From an uncultured Gemmatimonadales bacterium (GTDB lineage Bacteria > Gemmatimonadota > Gemmatimonadetes > Gemmatimonadales > GWC2-71-9): a DNA stretch of 64,000 nucleotides. The notes under the pieces were generated by a model. It searched no databases. It was not told where the DNA came from and saw only the letters and a list, made by a program, of their open reading frames with translations. Positions 28,932 through 38,828 of the stretch are shown piece by piece (position 1 is the first letter of the stretch; every line of letters starts with the position of its first letter). A program made the position numbers and the translations under genes. The DNA is taken from positions 1,344,001-1,408,000 of the forward strand of contig CAWHFW010000005.1 of assembly GCA_963828735.1 (NCBI GenBank), given 5' to 3'.

Positions 28932-29720
28932 TCATGACCCGATCTCGGCGACGCTCGAGAGCACGCGGTCCGGCGACACGGGTGCATTACGCAGCACGTC
29001 CTCCCGGAACTTCCCGGTGCGAACCAGCCATCCCTGCAGGCCCGCGCGCTGGGCCCCCTCGACGTCCGACCACAGATCGTCGCCCACCATCGCGATCGTT
29101 CGATCGGCTGCGAGGCCAAGGCTCTCAACCGCCGCGCCGAAGAACGCGGGGCTGGGCTTTCCCGCCACCTCGGCCGTCGTGCCTGCAGCGTACTCGAGCG
29201 CGGCGACGAACGGGCCCGCGTCGAGCACCAGGCGCTCGTGCTGGCGGAAATACCGGTCGCGCGAGAGGGCGACGAGGACGGCGCCGGCCATGAGCTGCTC
29301 GAAGGCCTCCTGCAGAAGGGCAAAGGTCCATTGCTCGCCCAGGTCGCCGAGCACCACCGCGTCGGCCGCGGCGCGCGGTCGATCCGACGTGCCGCCCGCC
29401 AGCGCGAAGCCGTCGAGGTCCTCGAGCGCCCCTGCGGGCACGAAGGGCGCCACGCGGGACACGCCGCGGCCTCGAAGCAGGATCGCACCCGCCCGTGTGG
29501 CGGTGACGATCTCCTCCGGCCCAACCCGGAACCCATACCCGGCGAGTCGCTCGACCAGCATGCGCCGGGAGCGGCTGGTCGTGTTGGTCACGAGACGAAA
29601 GGGTGTGCCGCGGTCACGGAGGCGCGCGAGCGCGTGCACCGCTCCGGGAATCGGCGCGTCCGCCGAGTAGAGGGTGCCGTCGAGATCCAGGAGATACGCG
29701 GTGGGGACCGGGGATGGCAT
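28932..29720 (-). CDS. HAD-IIA hydrolase (LHPP/NagD-like)
   Basis: LLDLDGTL, VTNTT, GKPS, MVGDD..SDV.GA, VRTGK. Confidence 0.92.
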   Translation of the reverse strand: MPSPVPTAYLLDLDGTLYSADAPIPGAVHALARLRDRGTPFRLVTNTTSRSRRMLVERLAGYGFRVGPEEIVTATRAGAILLRGRGVSRVAPFVPAGALEDLDGFALAGGTSDRPRAAADAVVLGDLGEQWTFALLQEAFEQLMAGAVLVALSRDRYFRQHERLVLDAGPFVAALEYAAGTTAEVAGKPSPAFFGAAVESLGLAADRTIAMVGDDLWSDVEGAQRAGLQGWLVRTGKFREDVLRNAPVSPDRVLSSVAEIGS

Positions 29721-29793
29721 GGTTGTCGCATCCGGTCTGACGGGATTATCGTGCACGTCCGCTCACCGCACGTCCGCTCACCGAAGGAGTGCC

Positions 29794-30483
29794 ATGCCGG
29801 TCCTGACGCTGCTGCTGCACGGCGCCCTGCTCACCCGCCTGGTCGCCCCGCCGTATCCGTTCGCCGTCGGCGAGCGCCTCGAGTACGAGGCCAGGCTGGG
29901 CATCATTCCCGTGGGCATCGCGATGATGTCGGTCCATCCGATGGCCCGGGAGCGAGGCCGCGAGGCGTTCGTGTTCGCGGCCTCCGGGGAAGGGCGTCCG
30001 CTGGGGATCCGGGTCGGCGCGGACCTGACCTCGTACGTGGGCACCAAAGGGTTCACCTCGCTCCGATTCCACCGGCGGGTCTTCCAGGGGACCAGCGTGG
30101 ACGAGGCGCAGTACCAGATCGTGCCGGACTCCGGCCGGTACCGCCAGGATGGCGACCCGCGCAACTGGAAGGCGGCCGCCGATCCGCTCGACGAGCTGGC
30201 CTTCCTCTACTATCTCCGGACCGTGCCGCTCAAGCCGGGCGCCAGTTACAACATCGCGCGGTACTTCAAGACCGGCTACAACCCGGTCCAGGTGCGCGTG
30301 CTGGGCCGTGAGACCCGGACGCTGCCCGATGGGCGGGACGTGCCGGTGCTCACCCTGGAGATCACCTCGCGGGGGATGACGATGGCCGTTGCCCTGAGCG
30401 ACGATGCCCGTCGGCTGCCGGTCGAGCTCGAGCTGCCCTTTCCCTTCGGCCAGGTGACGCTCGAGCTGACGCGGGTCTCCTAG
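29794..30483 (+). CDS. DUF3108-like exported protein
   Basis: PFAVGERLEY, DELAFLYYLR, LSDDARRLPV. Confidence 0.75.
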   Translation: MPVLTLLLHGALLTRLVAPPYPFAVGERLEYEARLGIIPVGIAMMSVHPMARERGREAFVFAASGEGRPLGIRVGADLTSYVGTKGFTSLRFHRRVFQGTSVDEAQYQIVPDSGRYRQDGDPRNWKAAADPLDELAFLYYLRTVPLKPGASYNIARYFKTGYNPVQVRVLGRETRTLPDGRDVPVLTLEITSRGMTMAVALSDDARRLPVELELPFPFGQVTLELTRVS

Positions 30484-31883
30484 TAGCGCCCCAGGTACGC
30501 GTCGATCTCCCAGCGGCTCACCTGCAGATTGTACTGCAGCACCTCGTCCCGCTTGGCCTCGAGAAACCGCTCGGTGAGGTGCTCGCCGAGCGCCGCCTTG
30601 ATCACGTCGTCCTTCTCGAACTGCTCCAGGGCCTCGTGCAGGTCGCGCGGGAGCTCGTCGATCCGGTACTTCCGCCGGTCGCGGAAGCTCATGCGGAAGA
30701 TGTTCCGGTGCACCGGCTCGCGGGCCTCGAGCTTTCGCTCCACGCCGTCGAGGCCGGCGGCAAGCTGCACCGTCAGCGCGAGGTACGGGTTGCACGAGGG
30801 GTCGGGCATGCGGAGCTCGCAGCGCGTGCCGAGGCCGCGGCGGTCGGGAATCCGGACCAGCGGCGAGCGATTCCGCGTGGACCACGCCACGTTGCTCGGC
30901 GCCTCGTAGCCCGGCACCAGCCGCTTGTAGCTGTTGATGAGCGGGTTGGTGATCGCGCAGAACCCGCGCGCGTGCTGAAGCAGGCCCTCGATGTAGCTCA
31001 GCGCGACCTTGGAGAGCTGGTACTCGCCCTTGGGGTCGTAGAACGCGTTGTCCTTCCCGCGAAACAGCGACTGGTGCGTGTGCATGCCGCTGCCGTTGAT
31101 GCCCTGGATCGGCTTGGGCATGAACGACGCGATGTAGCCGTAGCGGTTGGCGACGTTCCGCACGATGAACTTGAAGGTGGTGAGGTTGTCCGCGGTGACG
31201 AGCGCGTCGGCGTACCTGAAGTCGATCTCGTGCTGGCCGGCCGCCACCTCGTGGTGAGCCGCCTCGACCTCGAACCCCATTTCCACCAGCTGTTCGACGA
31301 TGACCCGCCGGATCTCCTCGCCCTTGTCGAGCGGGCCGAGGTCGAAATAGGACGCCGAATCGTGCGTGCTGGTGCTGTTCGAGCCCTCGGGCGCGCGCTC
31401 GAACAGGAAGAACTCCGCCTCGCAGCCCGCCATCATCGCGAAGCCGAGCTTCTTGGCGCGATCGAGCTGGCGCTTGAGCGTAATCCGGGGGCAGCCGACG
31501 AAAGGCTCCTCGTCCGGGGTGTAGATGTCGCACAGGAGCCGCGCGACCCGGCCGCCTTCGTCCTCGTACGGCAGGATACGGAAGGTGCCCAGGTCGGGCT
31601 TGAGCAGCATGTCCGACTCCTCGATCCGCACGAACCCCTCGATCGACGACCCGTCGAACATGATCTCGCCGTCCAGCGCCTTGGCGAACTGGCTGCGGGG
31701 CACCTCGACGTTCTTGTTGATGCCCATGATGTCGGTGAACTGCAGCCGGATGAAGTCGACGCCGAACCGGCGCGAGACGTCGAGCAGGTCTTCCTTGCTC
31801 GCCCCGGTCAGATCGGTGGGGAAGTTGTCGAGACTGGGCCGTTCGGCCGAGCCGGCCGGGCGCTGCTGCCTGGCGTGCGCCAT
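30480..31883 (-). CDS. glnA: glutamine synthetase type I
   Basis: FDGSSIEG, EAEFFLF, HHEVA.GQHEI, FMPKP, NGSGMH, YKRLVPGYEAP, ELRMPD. Confidence 0.96.
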   Translation of the reverse strand: MAHARQQRPAGSAERPSLDNFPTDLTGASKEDLLDVSRRFGVDFIRLQFTDIMGINKNVEVPRSQFAKALDGEIMFDGSSIEGFVRIEESDMLLKPDLGTFRILPYEDEGGRVARLLCDIYTPDEEPFVGCPRITLKRQLDRAKKLGFAMMAGCEAEFFLFERAPEGSNSTSTHDSASYFDLGPLDKGEEIRRVIVEQLVEMGFEVEAAHHEVAAGQHEIDFRYADALVTADNLTTFKFIVRNVANRYGYIASFMPKPIQGINGSGMHTHQSLFRGKDNAFYDPKGEYQLSKVALSYIEGLLQHARGFCAITNPLINSYKRLVPGYEAPSNVAWSTRNRSPLVRIPDRRGLGTRCELRMPDPSCNPYLALTVQLAAGLDGVERKLEAREPVHRNIFRMSFRDRRKYRIDELPRDLHEALEQFEKDDVIKAALGEHLTERFLEAKRDEVLQYNLQVSRWEIDAYLGRY

Positions 31884-32000
31884 GAAGTTCTTCTCCCTGT
31901 GATGAGCCGATGAAAGAAATCTCCGGCGGCGCGTTCGGGTAAGGCCCACCGCGCCGCCGTCCTTTTCCCCGCCCCGATACCCCGTTACGCTTCTGCCGCG

Positions 32001-32822
32001 ATGACGGCCCCCACCTCCTCATGTCCCGCCTGCGGCAGCCCTGCCTCCGGCAACTTCTGCAGCGCATGCGGCGCCAGCCTCGTGGCCCGAAGCTGCCCGG
32101 GGTGCCGGGCCGACCTGTCCCCGCAGGCGCGGTTCTGCCATCGGTGCGGCCGGCCGGCCACGCGAGCCAGGGGCACCGCCGCGGGTCTTCCCGCTCGCGA
32201 GCGGACGGCGTGGCTCGTGGCCGGGGCGCTGTGCGTGGTGCTCCTCGCGCTGATCATCTTGAAGGTCGTCCGCGAGGCGCAGCCGGCCGCGGCGCCCGAG
32301 ATGGCGAACGCGGGTGCGCAGAGCGCCCGTGAGACCGTTGGACCCACCGGTCTCGGCGGCACGGCCGGGGGCCAGGCGCCGGACATCAGCCAGATGACCC
32401 CGCGCGAGCGATTCGATCGGTTGTTCAATCGGATCATGCAGGCCGCGGAGAGCGGCGACACCGCGCAGATCGACCGCTTCACGCCGATGGCGCTCGGCGC
32501 CTACGCCCAGCTCGACACGGTGGATGCGGATGCCCGCTACCATGCGGCGGTGCTCCGCATGCAGGTGGCCGACCTGCCCGGCGCCCTCGCGCTCGCCGAC
32601 ACCATTCTGGCCCAGAATCCGGGCCACCTCTTCGGCTACGTCATCCGCGGTACGGTCGCCGGCTTCCAGGGGGATACCGCCCGGCAGCTCCAGGCGCAGC
32701 GGGACTTCGAGGCCCATTTCGCCGCCGAGAGCGCGGCGGGCCGCGTCGAGTACCAGGAGCACCAGCCGGTGATCGACGAATTCAGGAAGACGGCGGAGAC
32801 GAGGATCAAGGCGGTCAGGTAG
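32001..32822 (+). CDS. double zinc-ribbon membrane protein
   Basis: CPAC, CSAC, CPGC, CHRC, then a TM segment and a helical C-terminal domain. Confidence 0.8.
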   Translation: MTAPTSSCPACGSPASGNFCSACGASLVARSCPGCRADLSPQARFCHRCGRPATRARGTAAGLPARERTAWLVAGALCVVLLALIILKVVREAQPAAAPEMANAGAQSARETVGPTGLGGTAGGQAPDISQMTPRERFDRLFNRIMQAAESGDTAQIDRFTPMALGAYAQLDTVDADARYHAAVLRMQVADLPGALALADTILAQNPGHLFGYVIRGTVAGFQGDTARQLQAQRDFEAHFAAESAAGRVEYQEHQPVIDEFRKTAETRIKAVR

Positions 32823-32865
32823 CCCCACGCCAATTTCACCGCTTCGCGCTTCAAGCGGAGGTCCC

Positions 32866-33708
32866 ATGCCCCGCACCATCCGTGTCGCCCACAGCCCTGA
32901 TTCCGATGACGCGTTCATGTTCTACGCGCTCGCCGAGGGCAAGATCGACACCGGCGACCTGCGCTACGTCCACGAACTCTCCGACATCGAGTCGCTGAAC
33001 CAGCGGGCGCGCCGGGCGGAGCTCGAGGTCACGGCCGTCTCGATTCACGCCTACGCGTATCTGTGGCGCGACTACGCCCTGCTCGGCTCCGGATCGTCGA
33101 TGGGCGACGGGTACGGCCCGAGGCTGGTGGCGACACGATCGCGGCCCGGCGACCCGCGGGAAGCCGTACGCGGGCTCCGGGTGGGTGTCCCCGGCATGCT
33201 CACCACCGCCTACCTCGCGCTCAAGCTCTACCAGCCCGACGTGATGGAGGTCGTGATCCCGTTCGACCAGATCGAGGATGCGGTCCACCGGGGGGACGTG
33301 GATCTCGGCCTGTTGATCCACGAGGGCCAGCTCACCTACGCCGACTCCGGGCTTCATCTCTGGGCCGACCTTGGCGCCTGGTGGCTGGAGGACACCGGGT
33401 TGCCCCTTCCGCTGGGTGGCAACGCGGTCCGCCGCGATCTCGGGCGGGCGGTCATCGACCAGATCGCACGCGACCTCCGGGCAAGCATCGTCTACGGCCT
33501 CGAGCACCGCGCGCCCGCGCTGACCCACGCGAAGCAGTTCAACCGCGGCATCGGGGACGAGCGAACGGACGCGTTCGTGGGGATGTACGTCAACCAATGG
33601 ACGGTGGACTACGGAGCACGCGGCCGCCGGGCCGTCCAGACTCTGCTGGATCGGGGCCACGCCGCCGGGCTCATTCCGGACCGGGTGCAAGTGGAGTTCG
33701 TGGGCTGA
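32866..33708 (+). CDS. mqnD: 1,4-dihydroxy-6-naphthoate synthase (futalosine menaquinone pathway)
   Basis: HSPDSDDAFMFYAL, DIESLN, GLLIHEGQLTY, LPLPLG, MYVN. Confidence 0.85.
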   Translation: MPRTIRVAHSPDSDDAFMFYALAEGKIDTGDLRYVHELSDIESLNQRARRAELEVTAVSIHAYAYLWRDYALLGSGSSMGDGYGPRLVATRSRPGDPREAVRGLRVGVPGMLTTAYLALKLYQPDVMEVVIPFDQIEDAVHRGDVDLGLLIHEGQLTYADSGLHLWADLGAWWLEDTGLPLPLGGNAVRRDLGRAVIDQIARDLRASIVYGLEHRAPALTHAKQFNRGIGDERTDAFVGMYVNQWTVDYGARGRRAVQTLLDRGHAAGLIPDRVQVEFVG

Positions 33709-33826
33709 CCTAGCCGGCGTGGGGCCCGCTTGCCCCGGCCGTTCGCGCGCTCTACTTTCCGTCCATCCCCCGTTCAAGCCAGCCGGTCGCCGCCTCCGGC
33801 GTCCGGTCCCGAGTGAAGGAGCCCGC

Positions 33827-34891
33827 GTGTCGCTGAGCGGTGGCCCCGTGACGCTCCTCGTCGTGGATGACGAGGAGGCGATTCGCAACGCCGTCCGCAA
33901 GTACCTCGTCCAGCTGGGTTACGAGGTGGTCGTCGCGGCGTCTGGGGAGGAGGCGCTGGGGGTTCTGGGGCGACGGAAGATCACGGGCATGCTGCTCGAC
34001 GTGAACCTGCCCGGCGCCAACGGCATCGACCTGGTCCCCCGAATCATGGAGCTCGACCCGACGGTTGCGCTCCTCATGCTCACCGCCGTCAACGACGCGA
34101 CCTCCGCCGCACTCTGCATGCAGCGAGGCGCGCTCGATTACCTCCTCAAGCCGATCGACCTCGCCCACCTCGGGCACGCCGTCGCGCGTGCCCTCGAACG
34201 GCGGCGCGCGCTGCTCGAAGGCCAGCAGATGAACCGCAGACTCGAGGAGGAGGTGGCGCTCCGCGTCGCCGAGCGGCGGCTCGACCAGGCCGCGCAGGAG
34301 CGGGTCTCGGTCGCCACCTTGGAAGCGCTGGTCAACGCGCTCGAAGCCAAGGATCCCTACCTCCGCGGCCACTCCGCGCGCGTGGCGGACCTCTGCGCCT
34401 CCGTGGCCGCCCATCTCCAGCGGCCCGACGAGGAGATCGAGGCGGTCCGGACCGCTGGGCGGCTGCACGACATCGGCAAGATCGGGATCCGCGAGGAAAT
34501 CCTGAACAAACAGGGGCCGCTGTCCGACGAGGAGTACGAGCACGTGAAGCAGCACGTGCTGGTCGGCTGCCAGATCCTGGCGCCTCTGGTCCACCTCGGA
34601 GACGTCATCACCCTGGTCCGGAGTCATCACGAGCGCTGGGACGGCTTCGGATACCCCGACCGCCTGGCCGGCGAGGCCATTCCTCTCGGCGCCCGCATCA
34701 TCGGCGCCGTCGAAGTCTTCGACGCGCTCACGACCGCGCGTCCCTATCAGGAAAAGATGCCGCCCGAGGAGGCGGTCGAGCGCATGCGCGAGCTCGTCGG
34801 CACGGCCATCGACCCGACGATCCACGACGCGCTCGAGGCGGTGGTGTCCCGCCGCCAGGCGCTGGTCTTCCTGGACGACCCTCAACGGTGA
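33827..34891 (+). CDS. response regulator with HD-GYP (c-di-GMP phosphodiesterase) domain
   Basis: LVVDDE..LLDVNLP..KP receiver; GHSARV, HDIGK, HHERWDGFGYP. Confidence 0.92.
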   Translation: MSLSGGPVTLLVVDDEEAIRNAVRKYLVQLGYEVVVAASGEEALGVLGRRKITGMLLDVNLPGANGIDLVPRIMELDPTVALLMLTAVNDATSAALCMQRGALDYLLKPIDLAHLGHAVARALERRRALLEGQQMNRRLEEEVALRVAERRLDQAAQERVSVATLEALVNALEAKDPYLRGHSARVADLCASVAAHLQRPDEEIEAVRTAGRLHDIGKIGIREEILNKQGPLSDEEYEHVKQHVLVGCQILAPLVHLGDVITLVRSHHERWDGFGYPDRLAGEAIPLGARIIGAVEVFDALTTARPYQEKMPPEEAVERMRELVGTAIDPTIHDALEAVVSRRQALVFLDDPQR

Positions 34892-34892
34892 C

Positions 34893-35497
34893 GTGAGCGC
34901 GCCCTGCCCGGTCATCGACGGTGACCCGGTCGAGCACAACAAGGTCCAGGGTCGGCGGATCGCATTTCTGCCGCATCCGGTGACCTGGACCGAGGTGCCA
35001 GAGACGCTCGACTCCCTCCGCAGGCAGTGTGGCCGCTGGTACCGGGGGCTGTCGCGAGTCCCTCCGCTATGCCGACGTTCTGGATCTTCGAGTATTTCGG
35101 TCCGCTGGTGGAAGCGTGCGGCTATGTTCTGATGCTGTTTCTCGTCGCCGCGGAGAGGCTGTTGGGATACCGATTCCTCGACTACGACTATCTGTGGGCC
35201 TTCCTGCTCGCTTCGCTGGGCTATGGCATGCTGGTGAACGTTCTCGCGGCCCTCGTCGGCGCGTGGCGTTTCCGCCTCGGCCTCGCCGACCAGCTGCAGC
35301 GCGGCCTCGTGCCGTTCAGCGGCCGCCGGGACGTCCTGGTACTGCTCCTCTACGCCGTGCTCGAGAACGTCGGCTACCGCCAGCTCACCCTGTATTGGCG
35401 GATGCGTGGCCTGTGGGACGCCTGGCGCGGGAAGACCGGCTGGAAAAAATTCGCGCGGGTGGGCTTCCGCGAGGGAACGGCGCCGGCGCATGGCTGA
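34893..35497 (+). pseudogene. remnant of a GT2 (cellulose/PNAG synthase-like) glycosyltransferase
   Basis: RIAFLPHPVTWTEVPETLDSLRRQCGRWYRG (QxxRW region) in one frame, TM segments and ENVGYRQL in another. The N-terminal catalytic domain is absent. Confidence 0.75.
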
Positions 35498-36551
35498 TCC
35501 CGTGCCGGGCCCGCGCGTCCTCGTCGTCGACGACGACCATACGGTCGCGCGTCTCGTGCTGCAGGTCGTGCGGTCGCTGGGGTTCGGCGCCGCTTCGCAC
35601 GTGAGGACCGGGCGGGAAGCGCTCGAAGCGGGCGAAGGCGCCGACATCGTGCTGCTCGACCACCAGCTGCCCGACGCGAACGGACTCGACGTCCTCGAGG
35701 CCATCCGCGCGCGGCCCAATCCGCCGGCCGTCATCCTGGTCACTGCGCATGGCACCGAGTCGCTCGCGGCGGCCGCCCTCCGGCTCGGCGCCGACGACTA
35801 CCTGGCCAAGGACGATTCGCTGCTCGAGATGCTGCCGCAGGTGCTCGAGCGCGTCCGGCGAAACCGGGAGCTCCGGAAGGCGCTCGCCGCGGCGGAGAAG
35901 GATCTCGTCCGCGCCGAGCGGCTCGCGGCGATCGGCGAGATGACGGTGACGCTGCACCACAACATCAACAATCCGCTCATGTCGGCATCCGCCGACCTGG
36001 AAATGCTGCTGGCCAACCCGGACATGCCGCTGTCGCAGCGCCAGCAGACGCTGAGAGACATCCAGACGGCGCTCCATCGCATCCGCGACCTGGTCCGACA
36101 GATCGGCGATCTGCGGGACGTCCGCACCAAGCCCTATCTCCCGGGCATCCGCATGGTGGATCTCGAGGGCGCTGGGCCGGCGCCACAGACGCCGCATCTC
36201 GGCACGGCGCTGGTGCAGGTGGCGGAGGAGGATCTCGCGCGCGTCGTGGTGCTGCTGTTACGGCACGCGGGGTTCGCGGTGGAGCGCTGCGGCACGGTGG
36301 ACGACCTCCGCAAGTCCGCCGGCCGACTTGGCGTGTCGCTCGTGCTCGTCCTCGGCGGCACCGACGCGGCCGGCGCGCACCCGCTCGGTGGGTTCGACCC
36401 GCCCCCGAACCGGGCCTATCGCGTTGTGGCGCTCGTGGCCGGCGACGGCGCGGCCGCCCGCGCGGCGGGCGCGGACCGTGTGGTCGAGCTACCGTTCGAC
36501 CCCGGGAGCTTCACCGCCGACATGGTCACGCTGCTGGCGAACGAGCCGTAG
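35490..36551 (+). CDS. receiver + HisKA-like (DHp) + degenerate receiver protein lacking an HATPase domain
   Basis: VLVVDDD..LLDHQLP, ADDYLAK; AERLAAIGEM..LHHNINNPL H-box; C-terminal AGADRVVELPF; no N/G/F boxes. Confidence 0.8.
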   Translation: MADPVPGPRVLVVDDDHTVARLVLQVVRSLGFGAASHVRTGREALEAGEGADIVLLDHQLPDANGLDVLEAIRARPNPPAVILVTAHGTESLAAAALRLGADDYLAKDDSLLEMLPQVLERVRRNRELRKALAAAEKDLVRAERLAAIGEMTVTLHHNINNPLMSASADLEMLLANPDMPLSQRQQTLRDIQTALHRIRDLVRQIGDLRDVRTKPYLPGIRMVDLEGAGPAPQTPHLGTALVQVAEEDLARVVVLLLRHAGFAVERCGTVDDLRKSAGRLGVSLVLVLGGTDAAGAHPLGGFDPPPNRAYRVVALVAGDGAAARAAGADRVVELPFDPGSFTADMVTLLANEP

Positions 36552-36573
36552 GCCGCTCGGATTGCGCGGCCAC

Positions 36574-37596
36574 TCAGGCTTTCGGCGCGGCCACCTCGCC
36601 GAGGTACCCCATCCCCTGCAGCCGGGCGATCCGCTGGCGGATCGGGGGGTGAGACGCCAGCGCGTCGGCGAACGCTCCCTCGCGCGCGGCGAGCAGCCCC
36701 GGCGCCGGATCCACGATGCAGAGATGCGCCGCGCCGAGCGTGATCGCGCGGGTCGGCGCCGAGGCCGCCTCGAGCTTTTCGAGCGCCGAGGCGAGCGCCA
36801 GGGGGTTACGCGTGAACTGCGCGCCAGTCGCATCGGCCAGGTACTCGCGCTTGCGGCTCACGGCCATCGCGAGGATCCGCGAGACGATCGGCGCCACGAT
36901 CAGGGTCAGCAGCCAGAACCCGAGCAGGAGGATCGCGAGCGGGTTGCCGCCCTTGCCACTCTCACCACTTCCCCCGCCGCCGCTCCGGCCGGCTCGCGAT
37001 CCCCGCATCGTCCGCCCCAGCCCATCGGACATCAGCGCGATCGCGCCGACCATGCCGGCGAGCAGGGTCATGAGCCGCACGTCCAGGTTCTGCACGTGCG
37101 CCATCTCGTGGGCGATGACGGCCTGCAGCTCATCCCGGTTCAGCGTCCGGAGCAGCCCCTGCGTCACCGCGATGCTGGCCGTAGCGGCATCGCGCCCCGT
37201 GGCGAAGGCATTGGGGTCGTCGTCGGGCACGATCCACACTCTGGGCTTGGGCAGCCCCGAGGCGATGGCCATCTCCTCGACCACGTTGACGAGCTGTCGC
37301 TCCTCGGCGGTGGCCGGCTCGACCACCTCCCGCGCGCCGGTGGACCACAACACCTGGCGCGGCCCGAAGCGCCACGAGTACCAGCAGATCCCCGCGGCGG
37401 CGAGGGTCGTGAAGATCCCGATGACCGGAATCACGTGATGGTATTCGCCCGCCGGGGCGTCGGCGGTCAGGAGGCCGAAGGCGAGGTCGCCGCCGAATCC
37501 GACCCAGGCGAAGAAGACGATGAAGCCGATGACGAGCCAGGTAGAGCGGCGGCGATTGGATTCCTGCTGGGCGAAGAGGTTCGCCGCCTCGGTCAC
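36574..37596 (-). CDS. htpX: M48 zinc metalloprotease, HtpX-like
   Basis: PNAFATG, ELQAVIAHEMAH, SRKREYLADA, SHPP...RI. GTGA overlap with lemA. Confidence 0.88.
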   Translation of the reverse strand: MTEAANLFAQQESNRRRSTWLVIGFIVFFAWVGFGGDLAFGLLTADAPAGEYHHVIPVIGIFTTLAAAGICWYSWRFGPRQVLWSTGAREVVEPATAEERQLVNVVEEMAIASGLPKPRVWIVPDDDPNAFATGRDAATASIAVTQGLLRTLNRDELQAVIAHEMAHVQNLDVRLMTLLAGMVGAIALMSDGLGRTMRGSRAGRSGGGGSGESGKGGNPLAILLLGFWLLTLIVAPIVSRILAMAVSRKREYLADATGAQFTRNPLALASALEKLEAASAPTRAITLGAAHLCIVDPAPGLLAAREGAFADALASHPPIRQRIARLQGMGYLGEVAAPKA

Positions 37597-38168
37597 GGCG
37601 CGGGTTTGTTCATCGAGAGATCGACCGTCGGCACGGCCCGCTCGGTGTCGTCGGTGATCTGCCACAGCTCCACGGGTGTGGCCTTGGCGAGCCCGGCGAC
37701 GAGCATCGTTGGGAAGGTGGCCTGGCGGGTGTTGTACTCGGTGGCGACGTCGTTGTACAGCTGGCGCGCGAACCCGATCTTGTTCTCGGTGCTGGTCAGC
37801 TCCTCTTGAAGCTGAGCCACGTTTCCCGTCGCCTTGAGGTCCGGGTAGGCCTCGGTCAGCGCGAACAGCCGGCCGAGCGCCTGCGTCAGCTCCCCCTCGG
37901 CCTTGGCCGTCTGCGCCACGCCCGTCGCGTTCACCGCCTTGTTCCGCGCCGCGATCACCGCCTCGAGCGTGTTCCGCTCGAAATCCATCGCGCCCTTCAC
38001 CGTGTTGACCAGGTTCGGGATGAGGTCGTGGCGGCGCTTGAGCTGTACGTCGATCTGCTTCCAGCCGTTGGCGACCTTGTTCTTGAGCCCGATCAGGCCG
38101 TTGTAGGCGCCGATGACCCAGAAGGCGACGAGCACGACGATCGCGAGGAGGATGAGCACGGCGATCAT
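37593..38168 (-). CDS. lemA: LemA family protein
   Basis: YNGL, IDVQLKRRHDLIPNLV, EAYPDLKA, LQEELTSTENKI.FARQ.YN. Confidence 0.95.
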   Translation of the reverse strand: MIAVLILLAIVVLVAFWVIGAYNGLIGLKNKVANGWKQIDVQLKRRHDLIPNLVNTVKGAMDFERNTLEAVIAARNKAVNATGVAQTAKAEGELTQALGRLFALTEAYPDLKATGNVAQLQEELTSTENKIGFARQLYNDVATEYNTRQATFPTMLVAGLAKATPVELWQITDDTERAVPTVDLSMNKPAP

Positions 38169-38192
38169 GGCGGATCCTTGCGGGGAGGGGAG

Positions 38193-38828
38193 TTAGGGCG
38201 TCACCAGGCCGGCGAGGGCCTGGCGGAACGCCTCCGCGATGGCGGCGACATCGCCGTTGAGGCGAATGACCGGGTGCTGTTCGTCCACCAGCACCTCGAT
38301 GCCTGGAGCGATGGCGATGCGCCGGCACACGGTAGCCGAGCCACCCGCGTCCTCGACCGGCGTGAGCCAGCCGAGCACCGCGCGCCCCACCCGGCCGCGG
38401 CCGGTACCGGGCGCCTGCAGCAGCGCGAGGCGCTCCGGCCGGGGAAGTGCGGGTCCGAGCACGCCGGCGACACGGCGCTCGATGAGATCGCCGGTGAGCC
38501 CGGCGAACTCCCGGGTCATGGTCTCGAGCGTGGCCCCCTCCATCTGTCGCAGCTTGATGGCGAGCACCTGCAGCAGGTGGCGATAGGAGTACACCGCGGC
38601 AGTGCCGCGGCCCTCGGGCGGACTCACGAGCCCGCGGGCGACGTAGAACCGGATCGTCCGCTCGCTCGGCCGCGCGCGAGCCGCGGCGTTCACGGGCACG
38701 ACGCCCGACGCGTCGAGGATCCCACCCGAGAGCGCAGTCAGGTCCCGGAGACCCCAGGGCGCCAGCGTCCGATACTCCCGTAGCGTGGCGAGCGGATCGG
38801 ACGGGGCTGATACGAGGCCGGCGGTCAT
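38193..38828 (-). CDS. MerR-like HTH transcriptional regulator
   Basis: RTIRFYVARGLVSPP.GRG..A.Y..RHLLQVLAIK. Confidence 0.8.
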   Translation of the reverse strand: MTAGLVSAPSDPLATLREYRTLAPWGLRDLTALSGGILDASGVVPVNAAARARPSERTIRFYVARGLVSPPEGRGTAAVYSYRHLLQVLAIKLRQMEGATLETMTREFAGLTGDLIERRVAGVLGPALPRPERLALLQAPGTGRGRVGRAVLGWLTPVEDAGGSATVCRRIAIAPGIEVLVDEQHPVIRLNGDVAAIAEAFRQALAGLVTP

